This document shows positions 11,791-25,748 of a stretch of 64,000 nucleotides of DNA, piece after piece. The DNA comes from Eledone cirrhosa (Eukaryota): positions 331,390,001 to 331,454,000 of the forward strand of contig OZ024741.1 in NCBI GenBank assembly GCA_964016885.1, written 5' to 3'. Numbering within the stretch: position 1 is the stretch's first letter; each line of letters begins with the position of its first letter. The position numbers and the translations under genes were made by a program. Under the pieces are notes generated by a model. That model did not search any database. It was not told the origin of the DNA and saw only the letters and a list, made by a program, of their open reading frames with translations.

Positions 11791-13136
11791 AGTCAGTAGG
11801 CACCTCTTAACTCACTGTACACCCAACCCCACCCTCCCTCTCCCGTTCCATCCACTGTGTTGATGACACAAAAGTCCACACTGTAAGGTGGCCGTGTAGG
11901 AGACACGGTAAAAACCTCCCAGTCCACACTGTAAATGTGGTTGGTGTTAGGAAGGGCATCCAGCTGTAAAAAACCTGCCAGAGATGCTTCTGTGCGAGCG
12001 AGACATGGTCTCCGCATCAAATGGAACAAAACCGTCTAACCCATGCTAGCTTGGAATATGGACGTTAAACGATGATGATGATGATATATATATATATGTT
12101 GGGCAGACCCTTCAGTTGTATCGAAGACATGACAACCTCACTCGTGCACTTCATAGAGCATATAACCATATGTAAGTGAGATACAGACCCCCTTCCTGAC
12201 CTGTGTTGGAGGTCAGTAGCCCTGTATCATTACTGACATGGTCAATGTAGACTGCTCCAACCCTTATTAGTAGGGAAAGTGAATGTTAAATAATGATGAT
12301 GATGGTGGTGATGACGTTGAAGCTTGAGATTCCTTACCTTCTCTCCATTAACATACAAAATATTTTGTAACTACAGCATAAAATAATTAAGTGAAAAAGA
12401 AAATACAAAAGAAAAAAAAGCAAGATAAAACAAAATAGGAAAAAGCAAGACTGACTTGAAACATGTGGTATTAGGCAAGGATGTGTTTTTTTTCATCACC
12501 ACTTTTCAATGTTTCTAAAATAAATAATGATGAAAGCTCTTGAGACTTCTGAAGGAAAGGGTAAAATTAATGGTGTCAAACTCTGCTGTAACTGTGAGTT
12601 GGTGCTGTTGGAGTAGCCTCCTTGGTGGCTAATGTTAGAGCTAGTTAAAGGTAACACATTTCACACTGAAAAATAATCAGAGAGAAATGACTGGAAATTT
12701 GACATTGATTAGGTTCTCTCCTCTGCTGTAACACAGAGATATTTGTAACTACAGCATAAAATAATTGGTTTATAGATATTATAGTAAATATACATAATCA
12801 CATTTTTTATGTCTGTATATAGATTTGAGAGTTATATAGATTTGTGTGTATGTGTGTGTATGAGAATTTGCATGCTTTTGTATATATGTATGCATATATG
12901 TGTGCATGTATCTGAGTTTTTTGTATATATGTATGCACACACACATATATATGTATGTATGTGTATGTGTATGTTTGTGTTTTTATGTGTATGTCTTCGT
13001 ATTTAGATGGATAGAATAAGATAGCCAGGTATATGTATAAAAAACATGTGTATATGTGTGTCTGTGTCTGATTTTGTGTTTGCATGTTTATGTTCAAATA
13101 AAAAAAAAATGTGTCGAATAATGAGATAGCCATCAA

Positions 13137-13175
<39 letters not shown>

Positions 13176-13184
13176 ATATCTATC

Positions 13185-14690
13185 ATTCGACAGGGATGCC
13201 CTCTCTCCTCCCTTCTGTACGTACTGACTCTCGAGCCACTACTGCGGAAGCTGGAGCTATTGCAGGGCATCCCTCTGGAACCGGGACTGCGGAAAGCGGC
13301 GTCGGCCTACGCCGACGACGTGACAGTAATGGTGTCGAGCGCCTCGCAAATCGAGGAAGTCGGCACCTTACTAAAGGAATACGAAAGTCTCACAGGAGCG
13401 AAGCTGAACCGGGACAAGTCCATCGGTTTGCAACTCGGATCGTGGAGAGGCAGACCGATGCCTTCCGATGGCGTCGTCGGACGCTGGACGGAAGGACCGG
13501 TAAAGCTGCTCGGGGTCTGGTTTGGTCCGGACCTCCAGGTGGAGAAGAACTGGAACGAAGTGACGGCCAAGGTGTTTGCACTCACCCAGAAGTGGGCCGA
13601 GTGCAAACTATCCTTGAAAGGTCGAGTGGAGGTGGCGAACACTTTTATAGCGTCCGCCATCTACTACCGCTTGACCGTCGTGCCTTGTCCAGCCAAAACG
13701 CTCGCCAAAATGGAGCGCGCCCTCTTCCGATTCCTTTGGAAGAGGCGGGCTCCTTTGGTAAGAAGATCCATCTGCTGCCAACACCCTTCTAACGGAGGGC
13801 TGGGGATGCCGTGGTTGACGATGCGCAAACACGCGCTCAGGCTGCGGCATCTCTACGTATTCCTCACCGGACAACCGGTGTGGGCCCCGTTCGTGAGGCG
13901 AGCCTTCCCACGACTCGTCTCGCTGACCGAGCTGCAGTCCTGGGTCAAGCAGAGACCGAGGAAAATGGGCGACTGGCACATCGAATGTGCTCAGGCGCTC
14001 ACAGCCCTCTGGCAGGCAGACCCAGCGATCAGTGGAGACTCCACTTCGTCATTCTATAGAGGGTTGGTCCGCAGCAAGTGCGACGACGCGCTCGGTGAAA
14101 CTCTAGGCGTGGAGGAAGATGAACTGGCCAGTCTGTTCGGTAGGACCTTCCGCCCGGGACCGATGGACAACTTCCAAAAGTCCCTGGCCTGGCAGTGCTA
14201 CCGAGGAGCTCTACCAGTTCGAGACAAGCTCTACAGACATGGGCGCCCGGGCAGGGACCCTGCAAAAAAGATCTGTCCGAGGTGCGTGCGAGACGAAGAA
14301 ACCGTCGCGCACGCATTCATACACTGCCCGGGCGTCACTGACCTGTGGGGCTATGTAGAACGACTATTGTCGTGGGTGGGACCAATCCAGTTGACCACCG
14401 AGTCCATTGTCATGATCAAACCGCCACCCTCCTTCAAAAACGAAGGAGAGGCGGTTTTCCTTTGTGTGATAGCTATGGCGAAAGAGGTTGTATGGTGGAC
14501 AAGGTTGAAAGGGCTGAGGTCAGACACCTTTCTCTCCGGCCAACAACTGATTCTTTTTTTCAAATACCACTTTGGAAGAAGAATCAGGATGGAGAGAGAG
14601 GTGCTGTACCCCAGCAAGTTTTATGAAAGGTGGGTGAAAGTGGCGAGAATGGCCCGAGTGAATGGGCCTTCTCTCTATATCAGCCTGTAG
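13185..14690 (+). CDS. 5'-truncated Tx1/L1-type ORF2: RT C-half plus CCHC zinc finger
   Basis: An uninterrupted frame runs from IRQGCPLSSLLY (13185) through AYADDV, KLLGVWFG, LSLKGRV, GGLG and CPRC..ETVAHAFIHC. It forms a GC-rich island. Confidence 0.92.
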   Translation: MRQGCPLSSLLYVLTLEPLLRKLELLQGIPLEPGLRKAASAYADDVTVMVSSASQIEEVGTLLKEYESLTGAKLNRDKSIGLQLGSWRGRPMPSDGVVGRWTEGPVKLLGVWFGPDLQVEKNWNEVTAKVFALTQKWAECKLSLKGRVEVANTFIASAIYYRLTVVPCPAKTLAKMERALFRFLWKRRAPLVRRSICCQHPSNGGLGMPWLTMRKHALRLRHLYVFLTGQPVWAPFVRRAFPRLVSLTELQSWVKQRPRKMGDWHIECAQALTALWQADPAISGDSTSSFYRGLVRSKCDDALGETLGVEEDELASLFGRTFRPGPMDNFQKSLAWQCYRGALPVRDKLYRHGRPGRDPAKKICPRCVRDEETVAHAFIHCPGVTDLWGYVERLLSWVGPIQLTTESIVMIKPPPSFKNEGEAVFLCVIAMAKEVVWWTRLKGLRSDTFLSGQQLILFFKYHFGRRIRMEREVLYPSKFYERWVKVARMARVNGPSLYISL

Positions 14691-14929
14691 GTTGAGGAAA
14701 AGGAGGAGGAGAGGAAAGGAGTACAAGCTCTTCGTACTCCTGGAGATGAGGGTTGCACATTTTTTTCGGGGGTCTGTGTTACCCATATAAACTGTCTCCC
14801 TCTATTGGGGAAAATCGACTAACTTTTAAATTCCATCTGTGATAACATTTTACACGTTTTTATTGTATGTAAACTTCCCCCTTTGTATTTGTCCCCTTCT
14901 TTTGTGCCCCTGTGGCTAATAAAGAAATA
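13185..14929 (+). mobile_element. Tx1/L1-type non-LTR retrotransposon insertion with 20-bp TSD in (TATC)n
   Basis: The 3' UTR ends AATAAAGAAA (AATAAA at 14918-14923). TATCTATCTATATATCTATC is present at 13165-13184 and 14930-14949. Confidence 0.88.
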
Positions 14930-15104
14930 TATCTATCTATATATCTATCTATCTCTATATATGTGTGTGTGTAATAAGTGTGTTGAATAATGAGATATAT
15001 ATTATATTGAGATGTCAACATGAATGGACCTGTTATTTTTATCTAAAGACATTTTTCCAATTTCAACCCGCCCGTCCCCTTAATCTATCTTATTTCTTAT
15101 TCTT

Positions 15105-15140
15105 TCTTCTGATGAAGGACTAGCGTCCGAAACGTTAAGA
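15105..15140 (+). ncRNA. Minimal type I hammerhead ribozyme
   Basis: TCTT CTGATGA A GGAC tagc GTCC GAAA CG TT AAGA, with palindromic AACGTT at stem III. Confidence 0.75.
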
Positions 15141-15349
15141 CCCTCTTCCTGCTATTTCAAGTGTTAACCTAATATATTCCTTCCATATACTGTACTGATT
15201 GTGTTGTTATTTCTGTTTACCTTTTACATATATATATATATGTGATGATATATATATATATATACATGCTCACACATATATACTCAGTGTAATTAAGTGT
15301 TATATATCTATATCTATCTTTCTCTTCCCCCCTCTCTCTCTATCTAAAT

Positions 15350-15545
15350 ATATGAAAAGATTCAGGACCCCGATGGCTGAGCTCTGGCCGTTTCGATAGC
15401 TTGATCCGAACAGTTCCGATCTAGCTATCAAAATGGCCGGAGCTCAGCTGTCGGGGTCTTAAATCTTTTCATATTACCCACTCTACTACCCCTAGTATCG
15501 AGTACTCTGGTGCATTTTGGTCCACCTGGTATCTTACCACACCTT
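15350..15545 (+). repeat. Fold-back hairpin (15350-15474) plus pLTR-like tail
   Basis: Arms ATGAAAAGATTCAGGACCCCGATGGCTGAGCTC / GAGCTCAGCTGTCGGGGTCTTAAATCTTTTCAT, followed by TTACCCACTCTACTAC, which is shared with 35698-35713. Confidence 0.85.
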
Positions 15546-15571
15546 CTTTGTTATATATATATATAAGTGGA

Positions 15572-15641
15572 AAGATGGTGTGCTGAAGAGGACCCGTCCC
15601 ACCCTTGCAAGCAGGGAAAAGCGGATGTAAAATGATGATGA
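15572..15641 (+). mobile_element. Short RTE 3' end
   Basis: CCCACCCTTGCAAGCAGGGAAAAGCGGATGTAAAATGATGATGA matches the 37-kb RTE terminus. Confidence 0.85.
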
Positions 15642-15721
15642 GTAATAATAATAAATGTGAAGACTAAAATCCGAAGAGGGCTCGATAAAGATTATATATA
15701 TATAAATATATATAAAACCCG

Positions 15722-15761
<40 letters not shown>

Positions 15762-16324
15762 TATAACACTTGCATTCACCACAACAACATCTCTATTTCA
15801 GTGATGCTTTCAGTTCTTTTCCTTCCAAAGTAAAATTTTCTTTTTCCTTTTTTCCCATCTAGTTCATCAATTTACTGTCAGATTACATGGCTACCTTTCT
15901 GATTAAGAAACAAAACATTGAGAAGCTATATAAACATTGAGAAGGTGTATAAGATAGTGTATAAACATTCAGTCTACTCCCTCAGCTCCTTCATTTTCAA
16001 TAATAATTATATTTTTCTGTTTTTCTTCCCCTGTTTTTTTTTGTTTTGTTTTTTTCCACTCCCTTTTTCCCTTTTAACATAAATATATTTATTGAGCAAG
16101 ATAGATTGCAGTAAGTGACAGTTTCTGAAATTGGTGGTATTGGTGGTCTTATAATTTAGTTTGAATAATGTAGATCGTCTTAACTAGATTGGTTTCCTAA
16201 TTACAGCAGTGTTAAAGGCAATAACAAGAAAGATGCAGCAATGCAATTCCTAACACTAAACTCTCTACTTCACTTCACACTACTCAACACAGCATAATCT
16301 CAACTAATACCATCCCAAAGCTTT

Positions 16325-16363
<39 letters not shown>

Positions 16364-17314
16364 TTTATTTATTTATTTTTTTCTTTCTTTCCTTCTACTT
16401 GACTTTCCACTCTAGATAAGAAAATAATCTGATAAGAAAAACAAGCGAGTATTAGGAAAATATTGATATATTCAATATCTGTGAATGATTTAATTTGCTT
16501 ATTGATTGGCTAGTGTTTATTGTGGTCTTGGTGGAGAAAAGTGATGCTCACTAATCCTATTGTAAGATGCTATTTATTTCAAATCAACCAACAAATAATA
16601 AAGCTAGCTAACGTGTGGTTATACTTACTGCGAAATTGGCTTTCATATTTGAAAAATAGATTTCTGTTTTCTATTTGGTTTTGTCAGGAAAGGAAGTGAA
16701 CTGTCGCTGACCTTTTTTCCAGGGTTTCTGAGACAGGTGAGAGAGAGAGAAGAGGAAGTTATCATCACATCATATCTTCACCACACATTGGAAACCTGGT
16801 TAGAATTCTTTCGAAAGAGTGGTCTTTGCTAAAAGCACCCAAGGGCCAGGTAGTGGTGTTAAACCAGGTGAGAAATTAATTCCACCATTGTATGGCTGAA
16901 GAATAAAATATTTCTACTAAAATACTTTTACATGATAAATTTACATTTAGGCTGGCTTGATGTATTTAGAAATAGGCAAAAGTATATTGATTTATTTCAA
17001 GGAAGGGAATTTCTTTTAACACATTTCTGAATATGCTCCCTTAGGAAAAGTGGAGGGAGGATAAATCATTGGACTAAATTACTTTGCATGAATACTAAAG
17101 AATTGTATTATGTTGAATGCTTCCATCATGAAAAGCAGACAAAACAAGTGGGTTGTTTAACACAGAACTCAAGTTGTGAAAGGAAACAATACTAAGGAAT
17201 GAAATGTAATCACTTAATAATCTCGACATCCTAGAAAAATGATGGGAACTTATCTTTGATGTAATTCTAAAAAAAGATTCTTTGTTAATTCATATTTCTT
17301 CTTTATAGTAGTGC

Positions 17315-17590
17315 AGGGTACCATTCTGCAATACACCACATGTAAACTGTAGTGGTGGGTGGATACATTGATGTACCAAGATTGGGGCCCCTGGTTGACA
17401 GGGAAGGGGGCAACCACATAAGACCTAGGAAGAAGTAATTAGGGATGATCTGAAAGCCTGGAACCTGGACCAAAACCGATCTCTGGCATGAACATTCTGG
17501 AGAGATGCTTTGAAAAAGGCTACCAAAATGTCCATTGCTTGTGTAGAGTAAAGAAGACAACCAGACAACGATGATGGTGATGATGGATGG
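17315..17590 (+). pseudogene. Degenerate RTE 3' fragment
   Basis: GR..HKT*EEVIRDDLKAWNL..W remnants with a GAT tail. Confidence 0.55.
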
Positions 17591-17987
17591 TTCAATCACA
17601 GCATGCCAACCTCTCTAATGCAGGTCTCATGATAAAATGCACCTAGTAACTTCTGTAAAGTTGTTGGTGTTAGGAAGGACATTCAGCTGTTGAAACCATG
17701 CAAAAAAGTGTTGAGAAGATTCTTCAGCTGTGACAAGGGCACAACAATCTCTCTAGTGTTGGTGCTCTGATAATGCATTTAATACTCTCTGTAAAGTGGT
17801 CGGTGGTCAGAAGGGCAGTTGTTTCTCAATAAAATACATCTAGTGTACTCTGTAATGTGTGGAAATGTATGTAAGCAAAGTGCAGCTCCTACTTCATCTA
17901 AAAAAATCAGGAGCTCTAATTAAGTATTGACTTGGTCTGAAATAACCTGCCCAACCATTGCTAGCAGTGAAAACAGATGTTAAACCA

Positions 17988-18196
17988 CGATGGCGATGAC
18001 GCTGGTGGTGGTTTTGGTTGTGGTTGTGGTGACGATGATGATAATGATGATGAGGGTTGTTGTGATGATAATGTAGGTGATGGTGATGATAGTGAGGGTG
18101 AAGGTTAGGTTGGTGGTGGTGGTGATGATGGTGGTGGTGGTAGTGATATTGATGATGATAATGATGATGATGGCGGTGATGGCGATGATGATGATG
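17988..18196. repeat. (GAT/GGT)n low-complexity tract
   Basis: Source of the His-rich ORF 17894-18250. Confidence 0.9.
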
Positions 18197-18485
18197 AAGA
18201 ATCACTTCACTCTGTTTGAAGGCAGTTCTTTGTGATTTTTTTCTAATCACATTTGATATGAACTGTAAGATGAAGATCGAGAGTTTTCTAGTTTGTAATT
18301 ATATATATGAATAAATTTATAAGGTGAACTTTCTTGCAAGAGACTTAAATATACTAAACTATATTATAAACACAATTATAGTTTAACACTATAACATTAA
18401 TATTAAAATATTTAAAAAATCAACATAGTTTCAGCTGTTGTTTAAAATTTATGGATAGATAAGGAGTAAAATAAGATAATTTTTT

Positions 18486-18956
18486 ACTGATAAATTTCAG
18501 AAAGCCAGTACAATGTGGTAGAAATATATAAAGGGCAAAGGATGACAAATAAAACAAAACAAAGTAACGTGTAAAGAGATAGAAGGCTAAACAATGCAAA
18601 ACGGACGGTAAGTAATGTTTGTTTTTAACCCAGTATATTTCAGGGCTAATACCTTCTTTTCAAATGTAAAATGAAAATGGTTCAAAACAAAATGAATGAT
18701 CAATGTGTTCTTCCTTAACTGGTCTATGTGTCTGAAATATACATTCATGGAGCCGTTATAGTAGCCAGTTTGCTCTGTTGATGATAATGGCCTATTTGAT
18801 TTTAAATTTCGTTTTACATTTGAAAAGAGGGTAATAGCCCTGAAATATTATATTGAAATATACTGGGTTAAGCATTACTTTGTTTTGCTATATAAGTCAT
18901 CCTTTACCCTTTATATATTTCTATCACATTGTACAGGCTCTCTGAAATTTACCAGT
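18486..18956. mobile_element. MITE-like element with long terminal inverted repeats
   Basis: ACTGATAAATTTCAGAAAGCCAGTACAATGTGGTAGAAATATATAAAGGG is mirrored at about 18895-18956. One-ended relatives lie at about 10170-10400 and 47340-47570. Confidence 0.75.
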
Positions 18957-19033
18957 CACTTATTAAATATTTCGCAATGCTTCGTATTAACTATACTACA
19001 ACTAAGATCATTTTTATCCTCCTCCTCCTCCTT

Positions 19034-19034
<1 letters not shown>

Positions 19035-19064
<30 letters not shown>

Positions 19065-19400
19065 CCCCTCTCCCTCCTCCTCCTCATCATCATTTTAATG
19101 TCTTCCTTTCTGTGCTTGTATGGGTTGGACAGGTCCTCTCTGAAACAGCATCTTTCCATTTATTGTGTTCCTTTGTCATCACCTTTGTGAGGTTTAGCAT
19201 TCTGAGATCAGTCTTTCACCACTTTTGCCCACATATTCCTTAGTCTTCCTCTTACACAACTTACTTTCTCCTGAAACTCCTGGTACATCTTTATCCAATG
19301 GTTTATCCATATATATTACATGGCTTCACCAGTGGAGTCTTCTTTCTCTTTTGCATGCAAAATCTGACTTTTCTTATAATCATTTTTTCTCTCAACACAC
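19035..19400 (-). mobile_element. Degenerate RTE 3' fragment with (GAT)n tail
   Basis: Similar to 37027-37350 in the same orientation. Confidence 0.65.
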
Positions 19401-21123
19401 CTAGATTATATATTTAATCCTTTTGTTACCATATTTCTAATAAAGCACTTTATGTTTTAATAAAATGGTACTAGTAAAGATATATAGAATGGGTATCTCA
19501 GAGCCAGCGCCAGACTATCTGGTACCCTAGGCAAGGTTAGATTCTCTCTCCCACTCAGGAAAATATCAATTTCAAAATTTCTAAACAATAAATTTAAAAA
19601 AAAATTTTTAACATTTGGTTTTTCCTGTATGAAATAAACCAGGATAAAAAACGACCCTCAATAAAACTGAAATTTATTTATCTATTTTTCAAAATTGTTG
19701 TTGATTTGGAAAAATGTTCTCCCTGAAATCAGGGCCCTAGGCAGCTGCCTAGTTTGCCTATATGGTATCTCAATATGGAATAATTCCCAAATAAGAATAA
19801 TTTAAATACTAAACTTTTCAGAATATAACAACAATCTTATTTTGTAAAAGAAAAAAAATAATTCAAGAAAAAAGTTTATCGTTAGCTTTCCTTATATATT
19901 GCTTCTGATGTAAGCTGAAGGCTCATCAGGCAGGTGTTTATCCCTAGTTTCCATGGTGTTAAGCAACTGAAAGTACTTTCTTTGTGATACTTCATTTACT
20001 AAAACTATCATAGTTACCATCATGGTTATAATCCTATTTGAACCATGGTTGAAAGTACAGCCAACTATTTTACGTATCTTTACATGTTCAACCAATCTTA
20101 TTTTCAGTTGAGTATACTGGAGAAATGTGAAATGAAGTGTTTTGCTCAAGAACACAAGACACAGCCCTGTCCAGGAATCTAACTCATGACATTATGATTG
20201 TAAATCCAGCACACTTATCATAAGGCCACATGTCTCCACTGTTTTATTTCGTAAAGAAGAGGAAATGTAGACACACCAGATGGAATATTAAAGAAAAACT
20301 ATACCTTGCTTAAGAACACAATACACAAACCAGTCCAGGAATCGAACCCACAGCATTATGATCATAAGTCCAACATCCCTATCACTAGGCCATGCTACTT
20401 CACTTTTTGAAAGTGTAGCCAACCATTTTAGGTATCTATACATGTTCAACCAATCTTTTTCCCATTTGCCAGTAGAATTATGTTTAGCTGTGAATATTCT
20501 GGTTTTTCAATTCAGAATTTTGATATTAAAAATTTTTTTTTACTGGTTTCAATCATTAGATTATATCCATACTGATGCACTAATTTTTGAAACAAAAATA
20601 TGGAACATTCCCCAAATTTTCTTGTCATTATTGTGCAAGCTCTATGCTAATCTCAGCATCCCATCCAATTTTAAAATATCATACTGTGGAAGCCAGTTCA
20701 AATTACAGGAATAACATATTATATATTAATATGGGATCCTTTCTTGATACTAACAAATTGCAAACTAAGCCACTCTATAAAACATAATAGCTCTAGATAG
20801 ATAACTGTTCGTATTTATCTCCCTTCCCAGCTCACTCTTATTTTCTCTTCCTCTATATCATAAACATAGTTATGATTATAATATCTTCCTATGAAAGTAT
20901 GGGTTGAATTATTCATAAGGATTTATATCAAAATATGGTTGTGAATAATTGTATCAAACTTTCTTTCCCTATATTGTAAATTTGGTATGAAACATCTATC
21001 AACACATACATACACACACATGTATGTATGTATGTATGTATGTATGTATGTATGTATGTATGTATGTATGTATGTATGTATGTATGTATGTATGTATGTA
21101 TATATGGCTATATACATACACAT

Positions 21124-21178
<55 letters not shown>

Positions 21179-21629
21179 AATATGTATAGAAATATATATA
21201 TATACATAAACAAATATAACCTTTAATATTCTTTTGGTGAAATATGTCCAATAAATTTTATAACAATCTCTATATGCATAAATGCTAATACAGAGATCGA
21301 CGGTCAGACATGAATGACTGGGTTGAATAAAAATGCACGCACAAAATAGACACAAGAGAGTAGATAAATTTAAATATTCATCGCATAGCTGAACAATATG
21401 TAGGGAAACATGCAAAGGTATAGATATTGCTTTCGTGTATGAGTACTCAGCAATATCTAAAGTATTTAAATTAAAATTCAAAGATCATCTAGACATGCAA
21501 CAGACGTAATTCATGAGTTGCTGTAGTCTTTCAAACAATGCAGATCCTGCAGCTACATTTATAACCTTTTGGCAAATGGCTAGATGTATGGTTATTATTC
21601 AGTTGCAAGAATATAGGATACAGTCATTC

Positions 21630-22270
21630 TACTTTGTAAAGTGGTAGTGCTGGTGCTACTATAAAACACACCCAGTACACTCTATAAAGTAGTAGTGCTG
21701 GTGCTACTATAAAACACACCCAGTACACTCTATAAAGTAGTAGTGCTGGTGCTACTATAAAACACACCCAGTACACTCTATAAAGTAGTAGTGCTGGTGC
21801 TACTATAAAACACACCCAGTACACTCTATAAAGTGGTAGTGCTGGTGCTACTATAAAACACACCCAGTACACTCTATAAAGTGGTAGTGCTGGTGCCACA
21901 ATAAAATGCATCCAGTTAATTCTGTAAAGTAGTAGTGCTGGTGCCACAATAAAATACACCCAGTACACTCTGAAAAGTGGTAGTTGTGGTCCCATAATAA
22001 ATTGCACCCAGTTAATTCAGTAAAGTGGTTGTGCTGGTGCCACAATAAAACACATCCAATACACTCTAAAGTGGTAGTGCTGGTGTCACAATAAAATACA
22101 CACTGTAAAGTGGTAGTGTTGGTGCTACAAAAATATACACCCAGTTAATTCTGTAAAGTTTTAGTGGTGGTGTTATGATAAAATGCATCCAGTACACTCT
22201 GTAAAGTTGTAGTGTTGGTTCCACAATAAAATGCATCCAGTACACTCAGTAAAGTGGTAGCCATGGTGCC
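21630..22270. repeat. 48-bp minisatellite
   Basis: Unit CACCCAGTACACTCTATAAAGTAGTAGTGCTGGTGCTACTATAAAACA, about 13 copies that degrade rightwards. Confidence 0.92.
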
Positions 22271-22367
22271 GTGGTCGGAATTTTACCTATCTTTATACCC
22301 ACTCTGCATATCTCCATGCATTCAGTACTCCCATAATTAGTAGTCTCCCTGATTTCAGCACTGCAGA

Positions 22368-22407
<40 letters not shown>

Positions 22408-22754
22408 CATCATTTCATCATTTCATTTCATTTTACGTCCGCTTTTTCCCTGCTTGCAAGGGTGGGATGGAAACTGATTCTGGCTTGATTTCTACAGCTG
22501 GATGCCCTTCCTAACACCAACCTCATTTACAGTGAGTGCTGGGTGCTTTTTTGCCGTGGCACCTGCACGACCACTTTGCAGTGGAATGATATGGACCCCA
22601 GTCCCTATCATCTCATTTCTACAGCTGAGTAAACTGGAGCAATGTGAAATAAAGTGTCTTGCTCAAGGAAACAACACATCACCCGGTCTGAGAATTGGAC
22701 TCACAACCTTTCGATTGCAAGACCAATGCTCTAACAACTAAGCCATGCGCCTCC
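22408..22754 (-). mobile_element. tRNA-derived SINE family A (CORE-like body, RTE tail), full length
   Basis: Close reverse complement of 44048-44383. Confidence 0.9.
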
Positions 22755-22805
22755 CGCATTAATTCAAAATATTAACAAAAATAGACATTCGTGTGATCAA
22801 GTAAA

Positions 22806-22868
22806 TTTTATTATACATATTTCAGAGGTACTGAGCTATCTTCAACAGTACGTCCTCATCAGATAAAA
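22806..22868 (-). ncRNA. Minimal hammerhead ribozyme
   Basis: The reverse complement reads TTTTAT CTGATGA GGACGTACTG..CAGTACCTC T GAAA TATGTA TA ATAAAA. Same family as 28804-28870. Confidence 0.75.
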
Positions 22869-23274
22869 TAAGATGATGCATGACATACCTTGACTTAGTA
22901 GATGGTTAAGATTCAGTCATGGTAGTGAATAAGATATGACAAAACTCAATATTTATATACCTTAAGAAAACTCATTCTTTGATTTATTTTCATTGAACCT
23001 TGTTTAACCTTTAAATATATATATATATATATATATATATCATAAATCATGTCCATAGAATCATTAGATAAAATATATTCACTATTTCCTCTCCCAATTA
23101 GCATAATTAACCACATAAAAAATCAATTAGACCAGGCTATAAGAATAAAGGCTCCTATGAAGAAACATTTGATAAATAACCGAAAGCAGCCTCTTCGCGG
23201 CTGACCACAATAGAGTATTTACCCAACATTTAACAGCATGTAGAAATTGACTAAATATACCGTCAACCATACAC

Positions 23275-24057
<783 letters not shown>

Positions 24058-24064
24058 ATACCTA

Positions 24065-24119
<55 letters not shown>

Positions 24120-24186
24120 GTCTTCAATCTTATTATTATTACTATTTGGCTCCTTCGGTTGAGCACTCTACTGACTTATATTCATC

Positions 24187-24354
24187 ATGCAGAAACAACA
24201 TCTGAATATTTCTACAAAGAACATACCCGTACCAAGCAGGAAAACATACCTAAAATTCCTGATACAGAAAACAGACGCGTTCATTAAAAGGTTGCGTTGG
24301 CGTGCCTTTTATTTCGATAATCCGCGAAAAGCAGAACGAAAAAAACGAAGATAA
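24187..24354 (+). pseudogene. Penelope-like element ORF N-terminus (truncated)
   Basis: MQKQHLNISTKNIPVPSRKTYLKFLIQKTDAFIKRLRWRAFYFDN resembles the S.KNIP.P...Y...LI.K...FI.R.RW.A.F start of PLE ORFs. It is too short for the ORF track. Confidence 0.65.
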
Positions 24355-25049
24355 TACATCATATGTGGAGCGTGGAGAACAATAGCACGCAAAGACAAAA
24401 CCACGTAAATGGTATAGCAGAAGTCGTAGACTAAAATTCTAACTAGGAGACCAAATGAATCTCCGCTACAGAGTTAAGAACAAGTAAATAAATACAATAC
24501 AGAAGTAATAGAAATAAATAAATACATACACGCAAACAAATACGTACATACACAAGCATACGCAAAACCTTACCATAGATATACAAAACCACGCACATAT
24601 AAATATGTGTGTGTGTGTATGCGTGTATACAAATAAATAAATAATTATATAAACGTATATAAATAAATAAATACGTATATAACAAGCGCACACACATACC
24701 TACATATAAATGCACGAACGTTCGGAGACGTAGGTCAACTAAAACAAGAAGTACACAATACACACACCCACCATACGTACGAACCCGCATACTCACACAG
24801 ACGCAAAACTCCCGTATACACATAGCCAAACCCTATGTACCAGAATATATAAAATTATACGCCAAAACAATCAAATATACGTACGAGAAGGTATACGTAC
24901 CTTCACAAAACAAACGGGTAATACATACTTACCTATGCAAATAAGTAAAGGAATAAACAAAACATATACTTAGCTCCCACATCAAGACGTAAAATATCCA
25001 CGTAGAGATCGTACTATCCGTTAGGGTATAAAGTGGGGCTGTAATACAG

Positions 25050-25175
25050 GAAAGTTTTGTGCAATTTATGTTTACAAGCCGAAATTGCCTCAGATTTTTT
25101 GTTTAAGATGTGGTCTGTGGCGTAGAGTATTTCCAGGGCCTCAGCGGCGCAGAGGTCACATGGTCTTTTATTTCC
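25050..25175 (-). pseudogene. PLE ORF C-terminal fragment
   Basis: CDLCAAE / ALEILYATDHILNKKSEAISACKHK with one frameshift, resembling the C.LC..E...LNK.SE..S.C.H end of PLE GIY-YIG domains. Confidence 0.65.
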
Positions 25176-25496
25176 GTTTCGTTCATTGCCAGAGAACGTC
25201 TCTATGCACCACCTAAGAGAACATTAGTCTACGACCTCTTTTATACCATAAACGTAGTTCTGTCTTTGCGCGTAATTGTTTTTCACCGCTCCTATTAATG
25301 ACGTATTATTCGTTTTTTCCCGTTCTTTGCTAGCGAACGTTTCCACGAACCAAAGTATCGTCTTCCTGTCTTCCTCCGGTTGCAACGTTGTTGAAATATC
25401 CAGTTCTGCGTTTACAGATTGACTTTGTTAGTTTCAGAAGATCCCGTTAAGGGTGAAAGCAGCGATTCTTTGCTTAAACTTTAATCTGTTATTTTA

Positions 25497-25635
<139 letters not shown>

Positions 25636-25748
25636 TTTCTACCATATATATGTATATGTGTGTATATATATAAGTAAATATATATATATATATGAAAAAA
25701 GTTTCTCCTTCATCAGTGATCTTCCAACCATCATAGGCATTTCATCAT

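Noticed and set aside
13196-14786. Multiple overlapping alternative ORFs in the Tx1 element
   Set aside because: These are expected shadow ORFs of GC-rich coding DNA and show no motifs.
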